A stretch of 64,000 nucleotides of DNA from Planctomycetota bacterium (GTDB lineage: Bacteria; Planctomycetota; UBA1135; UBA2386). The translations under genes and the position numbers were made by a program. The stretch lies in assembly GCA_965223545.1 (NCBI GenBank), contig OZ245006.1, forward strand, positions 4,064,001 through 4,128,000, in the 5' to 3' direction. Positions 40,709-50,586 of the stretch are shown piece by piece. The notes beneath the pieces were generated by a model. It was not told the DNA's origin. It made no database searches and saw only the letters and a program-made list of their open reading frames with translations. Position 1 is the stretch's first letter; every line of letters starts with the position of its first letter.

Positions 40709-42610
40709 ATGCGTAGACCCCAACCGTTCGTGTTCGTCGCCGCCGTGGCGTGGCTGTGTGCGGTGGTGGTCGCCCAGCCGACGGCCTTCGGCCAGCAGGA
40801 GCGCGCCCGCCTCGAGTTCCGCAAGCTGGCGGAGTCGATGCAGCAGCTGCAGACCACGCTCGCCGAAACGGCTCCCGACGAGAGCCGCGTCCTCGGTGCC
40901 GGCGGTCGCTACGCGCAAGAGCAGCGCATCGAGGAGCGGATGGCCGACGTGCGCGATCTGCTGCGCGGTGGCCGGTGGGACGAAGCGCTCGAGCACATGG
41001 CGGCGGTGCGCGACGACCTCGACGTGCTGCTCAAGCTCCTGCTCAACCGCGAGGTCGACCTCGACAAGCTGAAGGAAGAGATCGCGCGGCTGGAGGCGTT
41101 CAAGAAGCGGGTCGAAGAGCTGATCGCCGAGCAGCAGCGGGAGAAGGAGGCCGCGGCGCGCAGTGAAGAGCTGCAGAAACAGCTCGAAGCGCTGGCGGCG
41201 GCCAAAGAGGAAGTCTCCAAGCTGATCGACGAGCAGGCCGAGGTGCGCGAGACCGCGGCCAAGTCGGGTCTGGCGGCGGAGCCCGAGCAAGCCGGCGACA
41301 TGGCCGAGGCGGAGGGCGAGCTGAAAGACCGTGCCGAGGCGTTGTCGGAAGAGCTGGAAGAGCTCGAGCAGCGCCAGGCCGAGCTCGATGCGGAGCCGGA
41401 AGCGAAGGATGGCAAGCCCGCCGAGCCCGGCCCGCCCAAGTCGGGCGAAGGCGCCAAGGGTGGCAGTGGCAGTCCCAGCAGCGGGGGGAGCTGCGCGGGC
41501 TCGTGCTCGAAGGCGTCGCAGGCCATGGGACAGGCGCAGCAGAAGCTCGGGCAGAACAAGCCCGAGCGCTCGCTGGAGGACATGGACCAGGCGCTGCGCG
41601 CGCTCGAACAGACCGCGGCGGACTTGGAGCGCATGGCGGAGGCCGCGCGGCGCGAGCTCTTGGCGATGCCGTTCGAAGAGCAGGCCAAGGCGCAGGAGAC
41701 GACGCGCATCGACACCGACCGGCTCGCGCAGGAGATGGAGGAGAGCGAGTCCAAGACCGGCGATGACCAGCCGACCCCCGGCACCGACAACGTCAAGCAG
41801 GCGGTGCCCAAGCAGAAGGCCGCCGCCGGCCAGCTCAAGGAGTACCGGCCGGGCAAGGCCAAACAGGATCAGCAGGACGCCAAGGACGCGCTCGAGGAGG
41901 CACAGAAGGAGCTCGAGGACGCCCTGGCGCAGCTGCGCCAGCAGCTGCAAGACGAGGTCTTGCGCGCGCTGGAGGAGCGCTTCGGCGCGATGTTGGCCGA
42001 GCAGAAGGAGCTGTCGGCGCGCACCATCGTCGCCGACCGGCTGCGCGCCGAGGCGCTGACCGCGGATGGGTCGTTGCCGGCGGCGTTGGTAGCGCGCTGC
42101 ACCGAGCTCTCCGAGGGCGAGCTCGGGCTGGCATCCGAGGCCGGCGACGCGCTCAAGCTGCTCGAGGAGGAGGGCACCACCGCGGTGTTCCCGGAGATCG
42201 TCGAAGAGCTGAAGGACGATCTCGAACGCGTCGCCACGCGGGTCGGCCTGCAGAAGACGGCGGCGACGACGCAGGCGATGCAGGCGGAGATCGAGGACAC
42301 GCTGCGCATGCTGCTCGACGCGCTGCGGCGCACCATCGAGCAGAACGAGGGCGGTGGGTGTAGCTCCTGCGACGGGCAGCCGCCGCTGGTGCCGCTCTCG
42401 GCCGAGGTCAAGCTGATCCTGCAGCTGCAAAAGCGCGTCGCCAAGCGCACCAAGCGCTACGACGGCGAGGTGCCGAGCGCGGAGCGCGGCGACGAGGCGG
42501 CGGTCACCGAGGCCGGCGAGATCGCCCGCAAGCAGGGCCGGGTGCAGGAGCTCACGCGCCGCTTGGCGGACAAGCAGAACAAGCTCGAGACCGAGCAGGA
42601 GCAGCAATGA
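40709..42610 (+). CDS. Exported long coiled-coil protein
   Basis: AGGAGG RBS and signal peptide; Q/E/A/K-rich heptads; PPLVPLSAEVKLI motif. Confidence 0.8.
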   Translation: MRRPQPFVFVAAVAWLCAVVVAQPTAFGQQERARLEFRKLAESMQQLQTTLAETAPDESRVLGAGGRYAQEQRIEERMADVRDLLRGGRWDEALEHMAAVRDDLDVLLKLLLNREVDLDKLKEEIARLEAFKKRVEELIAEQQREKEAAARSEELQKQLEALAAAKEEVSKLIDEQAEVRETAAKSGLAAEPEQAGDMAEAEGELKDRAEALSEELEELEQRQAELDAEPEAKDGKPAEPGPPKSGEGAKGGSGSPSSGGSCAGSCSKASQAMGQAQQKLGQNKPERSLEDMDQALRALEQTAADLERMAEAARRELLAMPFEEQAKAQETTRIDTDRLAQEMEESESKTGDDQPTPGTDNVKQAVPKQKAAAGQLKEYRPGKAKQDQQDAKDALEEAQKELEDALAQLRQQLQDEVLRALEERFGAMLAEQKELSARTIVADRLRAEALTADGSLPAALVARCTELSEGELGLASEAGDALKLLEEEGTTAVFPEIVEELKDDLERVATRVGLQKTAATTQAMQAEIEDTLRMLLDALRRTIEQNEGGGCSSCDGQPPLVPLSAEVKLILQLQKRVAKRTKRYDGEVPSAERGDEAAVTEAGEIARKQGRVQELTRRLADKQNKLETEQEQQ

Positions 42611-43620
42611 CGACCGCCCGCGGCCAGGGAGCGTCTCGTTCCCACCGGCACTGGCTGCCGACTTTCGCGCTGCTGTTGGGCGCGGCAGCATTGACCGCGC
42701 AGCCGGAGCGGCGTGCCAATCCCTTCACACCGTTCGATCTGAGTGCCTTCGAGCAAGAGATGCAGGCCCTCGGGGTGGATGCGGAACGCCTGGCACAGCT
42801 TCGGCAAGACGTCGAGGAAGGCTCCCTCGCGCGCGCGGTGGACGACTTGTTGCGTGAGCGCAACGAGAGCTACGACCGTGCCGTCGGTCTGGCCGAAGAC
42901 GGCGATCCGCGCGCCGCGCTCGAGCTCACGAAGGTCTTGGCCTCGACGCAAGACGCGCGGCTCCGCGGCCACTGCCGCTACCACCTCGGCCGCGTGTTCC
43001 TCGACGCCGACGATCCCGAAGCCGCCGCGGGCGTGCTCGCCGAGTTCTTGCGCGACGACCGCAACCGGACGCCGCTCGACGGCGAGGTGATGTTCTTCTA
43101 CGCGCGGGCGCAGGCCGATCTGCCGGCGCCGGAGATGGCGCAGCAGGTGCTGCGCAGCTTCTTGGACCACTTTCCCAACGCCCCCGAACGCTACGTCTCG
43201 GCGGCGCTGCAGCAGATCGCCGAGCTCGAGGCGCAGGTCGGACCGCTGCACGAAGTCGCCGACGTCATGAAGGTGTGCGAGCGGCGCATCCGCAAGACCG
43301 ACACCGGCAAGGACACCCAGGAGCGGCAAGAGCAGGTGATCAGCCAACTCGAGACCATCCTCGAGGAGATGATCCAGCGGGAGAGCCAGAGCGGCGGGCC
43401 CGGGGGCGCGGGCAACACGCCGGCGTCGTTCAGCGCGGCGCCGCCGGGCGAGTCGCGCATCGGCAATCTCGGTTCCAAGGCCGGCATCGCCGACCGGTGG
43501 GGCAGCATGCAGGACCGCGAGCGCGACGCCGTCGTCAGTGAGCTGCGCGACAGCCTGCCCGGCCACTACAAGCAGATGCTCGAGGAGTACTACCGGCGCC
43601 TGAACGCCGGCCGGCAGTGA
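42607..43620 (+). CDS. Exported TPR-like protein
   Basis: Signal peptide; TPR helices; C-terminal WGSM..RER...LPGHYKQMLEEYYRRL. Confidence 0.78.
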   Translation: MTTARGQGASRSHRHWLPTFALLLGAAALTAQPERRANPFTPFDLSAFEQEMQALGVDAERLAQLRQDVEEGSLARAVDDLLRERNESYDRAVGLAEDGDPRAALELTKVLASTQDARLRGHCRYHLGRVFLDADDPEAAAGVLAEFLRDDRNRTPLDGEVMFFYARAQADLPAPEMAQQVLRSFLDHFPNAPERYVSAALQQIAELEAQVGPLHEVADVMKVCERRIRKTDTGKDTQERQEQVISQLETILEEMIQRESQSGGPGGAGNTPASFSAAPPGESRIGNLGSKAGIADRWGSMQDRERDAVVSELRDSLPGHYKQMLEEYYRRLNAGRQ

Positions 43621-44819
43621 CGCTGTCCAAGACCGCTGCGTGGTGGCTTCTGCTGGCGCCCTCGGTGGCGGCGCAGGACCCCGTGCGCATCGACACCATC
43701 ACCGGCGAGACCGCGCTCGCCGACGAGGTCGCGATGGAGGGGGACACGGTGCGTTGGCGCGACGGCGGTGGTGCCTGGCAGGAGCGGTCCCTGCCGGAGG
43801 TGGCGAGTCTCGAGTTCACCGATCGGGCCACCGACTCACCGTTGGCGCCGATGTTGTGGTTGTGGTCGGGGACTGCGCTGCCGGCGCGTTTCCTCGCGGC
43901 GGCGGGGACGAATGCGCGGTTTGCGCTGCCGCTGGGCGCGGCCGAGCCCGTCGAGATCGCGCTGCCGTGGCGCGCGGTGCGCGCCGTGCGCTTCGACGCG
44001 CCGGGACCGATCGAGCCCGAGTTTGCCGCCCGCCTGCGCGAGCCGCCGGCCCAGCAGGACACGCTGTACGGCCGTCAGCCGGACGGCGGTCTGCAGCGCG
44101 TGTCGCTCGCGGTGCGCGGTGTGGAGGACGGGCGGCTCTTGGTGCACTTCGGTGGAGCCGACCGCACCATCCCGTTGGATCGCGTCTACGGGGTGGTGTT
44201 CGGCGAGCAGTCGGGGGCAGCTCCGGACCGGCAGCCCAACCCGCGCGCCACGGTGGTGAGCACGGGTGGGATCGCGCTCGAGGGTCGGCTGCAGCAGCTC
44301 TCGGAGCAGGTCGTGGTCCGCCTCGACGAGGGCGTCGAGCTGTCGCTGCCGCGCGCCGCGGTGGCCCGCGTGATCGTCAGCTCCGACAAGGTCCTGTATC
44401 TCTCCGCGTTGCAGCCCCGGGCCGAGCAGACGCCGGCCCTCGACCGCGTCTGGCCGTGGTGGGTCGATCGGCGGCCCGACGGTTCTGCGCTGCAGCTCGA
44501 CGGCAAGCGCTACGCGACCGGCTTGGTCTTGGTACCGCGCACGCGGCTGCACTTCGCGCTGCCGCGGCCGTTCGAGCTGTTCGAAGCGACGATCGGAATG
44601 GACGACCGCGCCGGGCCGTTGGCGCACGCGGTCTTTCGCGTCTTTGGCGATGGTGCCGTGCTGTACGACTCCGGCCCGATCGGCTACGGCGATCCACCGC
44701 GGCCGGTGCGGTTGCCGGTCGATGGCGTGCGCGAGCTGGCCCTCGAGGCGGACTTCGGTGACAACCTGGACTTGGGCGACCTGTGTGCGTTCGCCGCGGC
44801 ACGGGTGGTCAACCCGTGA
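43617..44819 (+). CDS. NPCBM/NEW2 carbohydrate-binding domain protein
   Basis: C-terminal YLSAL...LDGKRYATGL...FEATIGMDD...FRVFGDG..LYDSG...ADFGD; four N-terminal beta modules; signal peptide. Confidence 0.85.
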   Translation: MTLSKTAAWWLLLAPSVAAQDPVRIDTITGETALADEVAMEGDTVRWRDGGGAWQERSLPEVASLEFTDRATDSPLAPMLWLWSGTALPARFLAAAGTNARFALPLGAAEPVEIALPWRAVRAVRFDAPGPIEPEFAARLREPPAQQDTLYGRQPDGGLQRVSLAVRGVEDGRLLVHFGGADRTIPLDRVYGVVFGEQSGAAPDRQPNPRATVVSTGGIALEGRLQQLSEQVVVRLDEGVELSLPRAAVARVIVSSDKVLYLSALQPRAEQTPALDRVWPWWVDRRPDGSALQLDGKRYATGLVLVPRTRLHFALPRPFELFEATIGMDDRAGPLAHAVFRVFGDGAVLYDSGPIGYGDPPRPVRLPVDGVRELALEADFGDNLDLGDLCAFAAARVVNP

Positions 44820-46657
44820 GCGTCGCAGGCTCGCACCGCGGAACCGGCGCGCGCGCGCTGGCCGTGTCGGCAGCGCTGGCTGCCGCCGCCGCCGCGCAGA
44901 CCGACGCCGCGCTCCAGCGCGTGCGCGCCCTGCAGGCCGAGCGGACCGCGATGGTCGCGCGCGTGGCGCTGGCGGTGTGCGCGGTGATGCCGCTGCACGG
45001 CGCCGGCGGCGGCTCGGGCGTGGTGTTCGACCCGCTCGGCTTCGTGCTGACCAACTTTCACGTCGTCAAACGCGGGCGCTCGCCGCGCCCGGCGCCGGCG
45101 GCGGACGACGCGGAGGCGGCCGCGCCCTTGCCGCCGCGCGACAACGACGCGCTCGAGCCGGCCGACGCCGAGGCGTTGCCGTTCGCGCTGCCCCACACCC
45201 CCCGGTTCGCCGCCCCGCCGGACACGGAGTCGACCGACCCGGCGTGGGCGACCATGAAGATCGGCCTGCCCGACGGTGAGCTCTACCTGGCCGACGTGCT
45301 CGGCATCGACCCCGGCAGCGACCTCGCCGTGTTACGGCTGCGGCCGCGCGCCGACGGCGCGCCGTATGCATGGGCGCCGCTGGGCGACTCGGACGCGCTG
45401 CTCGCCGGCGAGGGCGTGCTGGCGATGGGCAACCCGTTCATGCTCGCGACCGATTTCACGCCGACCGTCACTTGGGGCGTAGTGTCGGGCACGCACCGCT
45501 ACCAGCCCGGCGGCGCCAACCGCTTCTTGGTCTACCCCGATTGCATCCAGATCGACGCACCGATCAATCCCGGCAACTCCGGCGGACCGCTGTTCAACGA
45601 GCGCGGCGAAGTGGTGGGGATCAATGGACGCATCACCCTGCGGGATCGCGGTCGCGTCAACACCGGGGTGGGGTTCGCGATCGCCAGCAATCAGATCCGC
45701 AACTTCCTCGGCGACTTGATGGCCGGCAAACACGCCGAGCACGGCACTCTCGACCTCAACGCGTGGTTCATGAACGCGCCGGACGGCAGTGAGCGCGGCG
45801 TGTTCGTGCAATCGACGTTCGCCGATTCTCTGCCCGCGCAGCTGGGAGTCGGTGTCGGTGACGAGCTGCTGCGTTTCAACGGCACCGAGGTGCGCAGTGC
45901 CAACCAGCTGGCGACCCTGGTCGGCGTGCTGCCCGCCGGCTCCTGGGTGAGCCTCGAGTACCGGCCGCCGGCGCGCGATGGCGTCGAGCGCGCGCCACCG
46001 CGCGAAGTGGTGTTTCCGCTGCGGCGATTGGACACCGGTTCGTCGCGCGACGAGAACCGGGCGGCCGCGCCGGAGCACCGCCGCGCGGCGCGGCAAGCGC
46101 TCGCGCGCCGCTTCGCCGCGCCCGAGCAGCGGTCGCGGGGGCGATCGGTCGTGCTGCGGGGGCCGGCGGGAGACACGCTGTCGCTGGCGATGCTGGATGG
46201 GCGGCTGCGGTTGGAGCGCGGCTCGACCGTTTTGGTGGGCGGCGGCGCCGCGGACGGCTTCGCGGTGCGCGCAGGTGTCGTTGCCGACCTGTCGGCCGAG
46301 GAAGCCGCCGTGATCGATCGCCTGCGCACGTGTTGCCCGCTGCTGTACGACGGCGCCGGCCGGCAGACCTTGCTCGCCGAGACCACCCTCGAGGGAGGCG
46401 TGCACGTGTTCGGCGCGCCGGCGTACCGATTCGCGGTCGCCGGTGACGGCGAGCGTGAGGTCATGCTGTTCGGCGATGGCCGTCCCGCCGGGTGGCGGTA
46501 TCGAGATCCGGTGTTGGGCGAGCGGATCGAGGTGCGCGTCGATGCCGACGGCCGCCGCGCACGGTGGATCACCGAGACCTCCGAGCTGCGCGATGGATGG
46601 ACGGTCGAGTGGGGCCCGGCGCCGACCGCCGATCAGCTGGCGAGGCCGGGCTCGTGA
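44816..46657 (+). CDS. HtrA/DegP-like (S1C) serine protease with PDZ, intact catalytic triad
   Basis: LTNFHVV (His), DPGSDLAVL (Asp), INPGNSGGP (Ser); PDZ domain; extra C-terminal domain. Confidence 0.92.
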   Translation: MSVAGSHRGTGARALAVSAALAAAAAAQTDAALQRVRALQAERTAMVARVALAVCAVMPLHGAGGGSGVVFDPLGFVLTNFHVVKRGRSPRPAPAADDAEAAAPLPPRDNDALEPADAEALPFALPHTPRFAAPPDTESTDPAWATMKIGLPDGELYLADVLGIDPGSDLAVLRLRPRADGAPYAWAPLGDSDALLAGEGVLAMGNPFMLATDFTPTVTWGVVSGTHRYQPGGANRFLVYPDCIQIDAPINPGNSGGPLFNERGEVVGINGRITLRDRGRVNTGVGFAIASNQIRNFLGDLMAGKHAEHGTLDLNAWFMNAPDGSERGVFVQSTFADSLPAQLGVGVGDELLRFNGTEVRSANQLATLVGVLPAGSWVSLEYRPPARDGVERAPPREVVFPLRRLDTGSSRDENRAAAPEHRRAARQALARRFAAPEQRSRGRSVVLRGPAGDTLSLAMLDGRLRLERGSTVLVGGGAADGFAVRAGVVADLSAEEAAVIDRLRTCCPLLYDGAGRQTLLAETTLEGGVHVFGAPAYRFAVAGDGEREVMLFGDGRPAGWRYRDPVLGERIEVRVDADGRRARWITETSELRDGWTVEWGPAPTADQLARPGS

Positions 46658-47700
46658 TGCGCGCCGTCGCGGTGGCCGTCGTGGCCTGCTGGATCGGCGA
46701 TTCTTGCCGCGCCCAGCAGAGCTACGGTGAGGACTACGCCTTCGCCGAGCGGCCGCCGGCGAACCCGCTGGAAGAGCTCGTCGCGCGCACCCTGCCCAGC
46801 GTCGTCAAGGTGCACGGTGCGTCGGGGCTCGCCACCATCGATGCCTACGCGTCGGGCGTCGTCGTCAGCGAGCAGGGGCACGTCTTGACGCTCGACCTGG
46901 TGATGATCCAGCGCGGCCAAACCAGAGTCGTGCTGGCGGATGGCTCGGTCCACCAAGCCGAGGTGTATCCCTCGGATACGCGGCTCGGCGTACGCATGCT
47001 GAAGATCGACGCCGGCGACAAGGTGCTGCGCCCGCTGCGACTGCCCGCCCGCAACGACCACCGGCACGGGACCTTCTTGGTCTCGATCGGCAACAGCTTC
47101 CGGTTGGCCGAGTTCTCCGAGAAGTTGTCGGTGACGTTCGGCCTGCTGACGGCGCGCGCGCGCACCGGCCTGCGCTACCGCCTGTCCGACGTCGACTACG
47201 ACGGCGAGCTGCTGCTCACCGACGCCCCCAACAATCCCGGCCACTACGGCGGTGCGCTGGTGACGACCGCCGGCGATTGGGTCGGACTGAACACCCGCTT
47301 GCTCGAGTCGCGCGAGACCAACACCCAGCTCTCGGCGGCGATCCCGACCGCGGATCTCGCCGCCTACATCGCGCGGTTTACCGAGCCAACGTCCGTCGCC
47401 GACGAGGATGCGGAGCAATCGAAGCCGCCACCGGTCTACCACGGCATCCGCTTGTTCGACGAGGGGCTGCGCCGATCGCCGCCCGCCTACGTCGAGCGGG
47501 TCGAGCGCGACTCGCCCGGCCGTGCCGTGGGGCTGCGCGCCGACGATTTGATCGTCCGGGTCGACGACTTTCCGGTGCGGACCTGCGCCGAGTTTCGCCG
47601 CGTGATGGCGAAGTTCGCGCCGGGCGACACGGTGCAGGTCACGTTCAAGCGCGGTCGCCGCGTCCTGCGCGAGGCGATGACGCTGGAGGAGGGGCGATGA
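46657..47700 (+). CDS. HtrA-like protein with PDZ, catalytic triad lost
   Basis: ASGVVVSEQGHVLTLDL, DTRLGVRMLKID and TDAPNNPGHYGGAL; PDZ domain. Confidence 0.85.
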   Translation: MRAVAVAVVACWIGDSCRAQQSYGEDYAFAERPPANPLEELVARTLPSVVKVHGASGLATIDAYASGVVVSEQGHVLTLDLVMIQRGQTRVVLADGSVHQAEVYPSDTRLGVRMLKIDAGDKVLRPLRLPARNDHRHGTFLVSIGNSFRLAEFSEKLSVTFGLLTARARTGLRYRLSDVDYDGELLLTDAPNNPGHYGGALVTTAGDWVGLNTRLLESRETNTQLSAAIPTADLAAYIARFTEPTSVADEDAEQSKPPPVYHGIRLFDEGLRRSPPAYVERVERDSPGRAVGLRADDLIVRVDDFPVRTCAEFRRVMAKFAPGDTVQVTFKRGRRVLREAMTLEEGR

Positions 47701-48923
47701 GGCCGGCGTCGATCGCGGTGTGCGCGGTGCTGGCGGCGCCGGCCGTGGCGCAGCAACGCGCCGCGGAGTTCGCCGCACTCGAGGAGGTGCTGCGCGCCGC
47801 CATCGACCGGGCCGCGCCCAGCGTGGTCTTGGTCGAGACCTTCGGCGGTGTGCGCAAGGTGTTGGCCGGCGGTGCCGAGGACGCCGACGCGCCCAAGGCC
47901 GCGCCGGAGCCGCGCCCGGCCGAGCCGCCGAAGGGTGAGCCACCGGAGGGCGCCCCCCCCGCCGATCCGCCGGAGGCCGATCCCCCCGAGGGCGAGCGCA
48001 AACCGCCGGTCGGGCCACTGCGCCAGCCCGGCTTCCTGCAGGCGCAGGGCGCGACCACCGGCATCGTGGTCTCCGCCGACGGTTGGATCTTGGTGTCCCG
48101 CTTCGCGCTGAACTTCGACCCATCGACCATTCTGGTCACCACCGCGGACGGGCGTTCCTTCCACGCGCGCCGCGCCGGGGAGGACACCAGCCGGGGCATC
48201 GCGCTGGTCAAGATCGACACCACCGGGCTGCCGGTGCCCGAGTTCGTGCCGGCGGCGGCGGTGCGGGTGGGGCAGTGGGCGTTCGCCCTGGGGCGGACGT
48301 TCGGCCGCGCCGACCCCAGCGTGCACATGGGGGTGGTCTCGGCGCTCGGACGGCAGTTCGGGCGCGCGCTGCAGACCGATGCCGCGACCTCGCCCGCCAA
48401 CTACGGCGGCCCGCTGATCGACATCGAGGGTCGGGTCCTGGGGGTTTGCGTGCCGCTGTCCCGCAGCGGGCGCGATGCCGGCGTCGAGCTGTACGACTCC
48501 GGCATCGGATTCGCGACGACGTTGGCGGATCTCGAGCCGGTGCTGGCCCGCATGCGCGCCGGCGAGGAGCTGCACCGCGGCTGGCTGGGCGTCACCTCGG
48601 CGCCGCACGACTTCGGCCCCGGCGCTCTGATCGCCGCGGTGATGCCGGGCAGCCGGGCCGAGTCCATCGGCCTGCGCGCGGGGGATCGCATCGCTTCGGT
48701 CGACGGCGTGGCGTTGCGCAACGGCTTCCACCTGCAGAACCTGGTCAGCGCGCGCATGGCCGGGGACGCGGTCGACCTGGTCTTGGTGCGCGAGCTGCGG
48801 GCGCTGCGAGCGCGCGTCACCTTGGCGCCGATTCCGGCAGCCGAGCGCGAGGCGAAGAAGCCCAGCGAGGAGGCGTTCGAGCTGCCGTGGGAACAGGGCC
48901 AGCCCGACGGCGACCGCCGGTGA
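47697..48923 (+). CDS. HtrA-like protein with PDZ, catalytic triad lost
   Basis: TGIVVSADGWILVSRF, DTSRGIALVKID, VRVGQWAFALG, QTDAATSPANYGGPL and RGWLGV PDZ entry. Confidence 0.87.
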   Translation: MRPASIAVCAVLAAPAVAQQRAAEFAALEEVLRAAIDRAAPSVVLVETFGGVRKVLAGGAEDADAPKAAPEPRPAEPPKGEPPEGAPPADPPEADPPEGERKPPVGPLRQPGFLQAQGATTGIVVSADGWILVSRFALNFDPSTILVTTADGRSFHARRAGEDTSRGIALVKIDTTGLPVPEFVPAAAVRVGQWAFALGRTFGRADPSVHMGVVSALGRQFGRALQTDAATSPANYGGPLIDIEGRVLGVCVPLSRSGRDAGVELYDSGIGFATTLADLEPVLARMRAGEELHRGWLGVTSAPHDFGPGALIAAVMPGSRAESIGLRAGDRIASVDGVALRNGFHLQNLVSARMAGDAVDLVLVRELRALRARVTLAPIPAAEREAKKPSEEAFELPWEQGQPDGDRR

Positions 48924-48941
48924 GGCCGGGCACCGACCGCG

Positions 48942-49544
48942 TCATTCGGTGAGCAGCGGTGCCGGCTCGCCGAAGCGCGCGCCGAACACGAACTCCGGCA
49001 GTGGGCGCCGCGCGCGCGGCGCGTCGTCGCGCTGCAGCAGCGGGTCGGGCAGGTCGGGGCGCGCGCCGGCGTAGCCGAGCGCCAAGCCGGTCAGCGCGTC
49101 GTGGTCTTGGGGGATCGCGAACTGCTCGCGGGCGCGGTCCGGCAGGATGCCGATCATCTGGTGCACGGCGATGCCGCGGGCCGTGGCCTCCACCGACAGA
49201 TTGGCCACGGCCAGGCCGAGGTCGTGCTCGGCAGCCGCGTTGGGCTTGTCGTTGCGGGCGAAGCGCCGCGACACCACGCCGATCGCCAGGGCCGCGGCGT
49301 GTTTGGCCCACGCTTGGTTGGCCTCGACCAAACAGGAGAGGATCTCGTCGAAACCGCGGTCGTCCCGGCGGGCGACGACGAACCGCCAGGGCTGCTCGTT
49401 GTACGAAGAGGGCGCCCAGCGCGCTGCCTCGAACAACGCGAGCAGATCGGCGCGTTCGATGGGGCGATCGGTGAACGAGTACGGGCTCCATCGCCCGGCG
49501 ATCAACTCGTGGATCGGGTGATCGTGGTCGGCGCGTTTGCTCAT
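48942..49544 (-). CDS. Nitroreductase family protein
   Basis: IAGRWSPYSF, EAARWAPSSYNEQPWRF and HDLGLA. Confidence 0.92.
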   Translation of the reverse strand: MSKRADHDHPIHELIAGRWSPYSFTDRPIERADLLALFEAARWAPSSYNEQPWRFVVARRDDRGFDEILSCLVEANQAWAKHAAALAIGVVSRRFARNDKPNAAAEHDLGLAVANLSVEATARGIAVHQMIGILPDRAREQFAIPQDHDALTGLALGYAGARPDLPDPLLQRDDAPRARRPLPEFVFGARFGEPAPLLTE

Positions 49545-49608
49545 TGGGGCTCCTCGAGCGGTTTGGCGATCGTAGCGATGCACGCCGGGTCGCGAATAGA
49601 CTCTTCCC

Positions 49609-50586
49609 GTGCGCGCGCTGCGAACGACCGCCCTTGCCGCTGTTCTGCTGACCCCGATGGTTGCATTGGTGCTGTGTCGCGAGCTCCGCCCCGACGGCCA
49701 AGTGCCGCAGCAGGGCGCCTGGACGCGGCCGGTGGCCGAGCGCGAGCGGGATCCGTTTCCGCGCACCTTCGTCAACGCCGACGGCGAGGTCGCCCACATC
49801 GCGGCCGCGCCGCAGCGCATCGTCTCGGCGACCGTGTTTTCAGATGCCGTGCTGCTCGACATCTGCCCCGCCGATCGGTTGGCCGCGGTGCTCGAGCTCA
49901 GCTCCGATGCGCGCTACAGTCCGGTGGCGGCCGCTGCGGCGGCGTTTCCTCGCCGCATCGGCGGGGCGCCCGAGGAGATCCTCGCCGCCGCGCCCGACCT
50001 GGTCGTGGTCGCCGGCTTCAGCCGCAAGGAAGTCCGCAACCTGCTCGGCGGCGAGGGGTGCGCGGTGCTGCGCTTTCTGGGCTTCGACGATATCGGCGCC
50101 ATCCAGAACAACATCCGGGCGCTGGGCTACGCGGTCGGGCTCGACCGGGCCGCCGAGGGGCTGGTCGCCGAGATGGCGGCCGAGCTCGCCGCGGCGGCAA
50201 ACGGCCGTGAGGGCAGGGCGGATTGGCGACTGTTGCACTACGCCAGCGGGTTCACTTCGGGGACCGGGACCACCTTCGATGCGCTCTTGGCGGTGGTCGG
50301 CGCCACCAATGCCGCCGCCGAGCTGTCGGTGCGCAGCTTCCAGGCGATTGCCCCGGAGCAGGTGTTGATCCTCGACCCGGATGCGCTCGTGGTCGGCGTC
50401 GAACCGGCTGGCGAGGCGGCGGTCCGCGAGCAGCTGCTGCAGCTCCCCGGCTTCGCGGCGCTGCGCGCGCTGCAGCGCGACCGCCTGCTGCTCGTCCCCA
50501 ATGCCCTGCTGCTGTCGACCTCGCACCACGTGGCGCAGGCCGCCACGCACATCGCGGCCGCGCTCGACGACTGGGGCAACCCGTGA
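49609..50586 (+). CDS. ABC transporter substrate-binding protein (BtuF/FecB type)
   Basis: PQRIVS, EEILAAAPDLVV and EQVLILDPDALVV. Confidence 0.88.
   Translation: MRALRTTALAAVLLTPMVALVLCRELRPDGQVPQQGAWTRPVAERERDPFPRTFVNADGEVAHIAAAPQRIVSATVFSDAVLLDICPADRLAAVLELSSDARYSPVAAAAAAFPRRIGGAPEEILAAAPDLVVVAGFSRKEVRNLLGGEGCAVLRFLGFDDIGAIQNNIRALGYAVGLDRAAEGLVAEMAAELAAAANGREGRADWRLLHYASGFTSGTGTTFDALLAVVGATNAAAELSVRSFQAIAPEQVLILDPDALVVGVEPAGEAAVREQLLQLPGFAALRALQRDRLLLVPNALLLSTSHHVAQAATHIAAALDDWGNP

Noticed and set aside
48942..49608. Nitroreductase as BluB, or a cobalamin riboswitch before the Btu-like ABC genes
   Set aside because: Motifs fit a generic nitroreductase, and the 64-bp intergenic gap is too short for a B12 riboswitch; the substrate remains unassigned.
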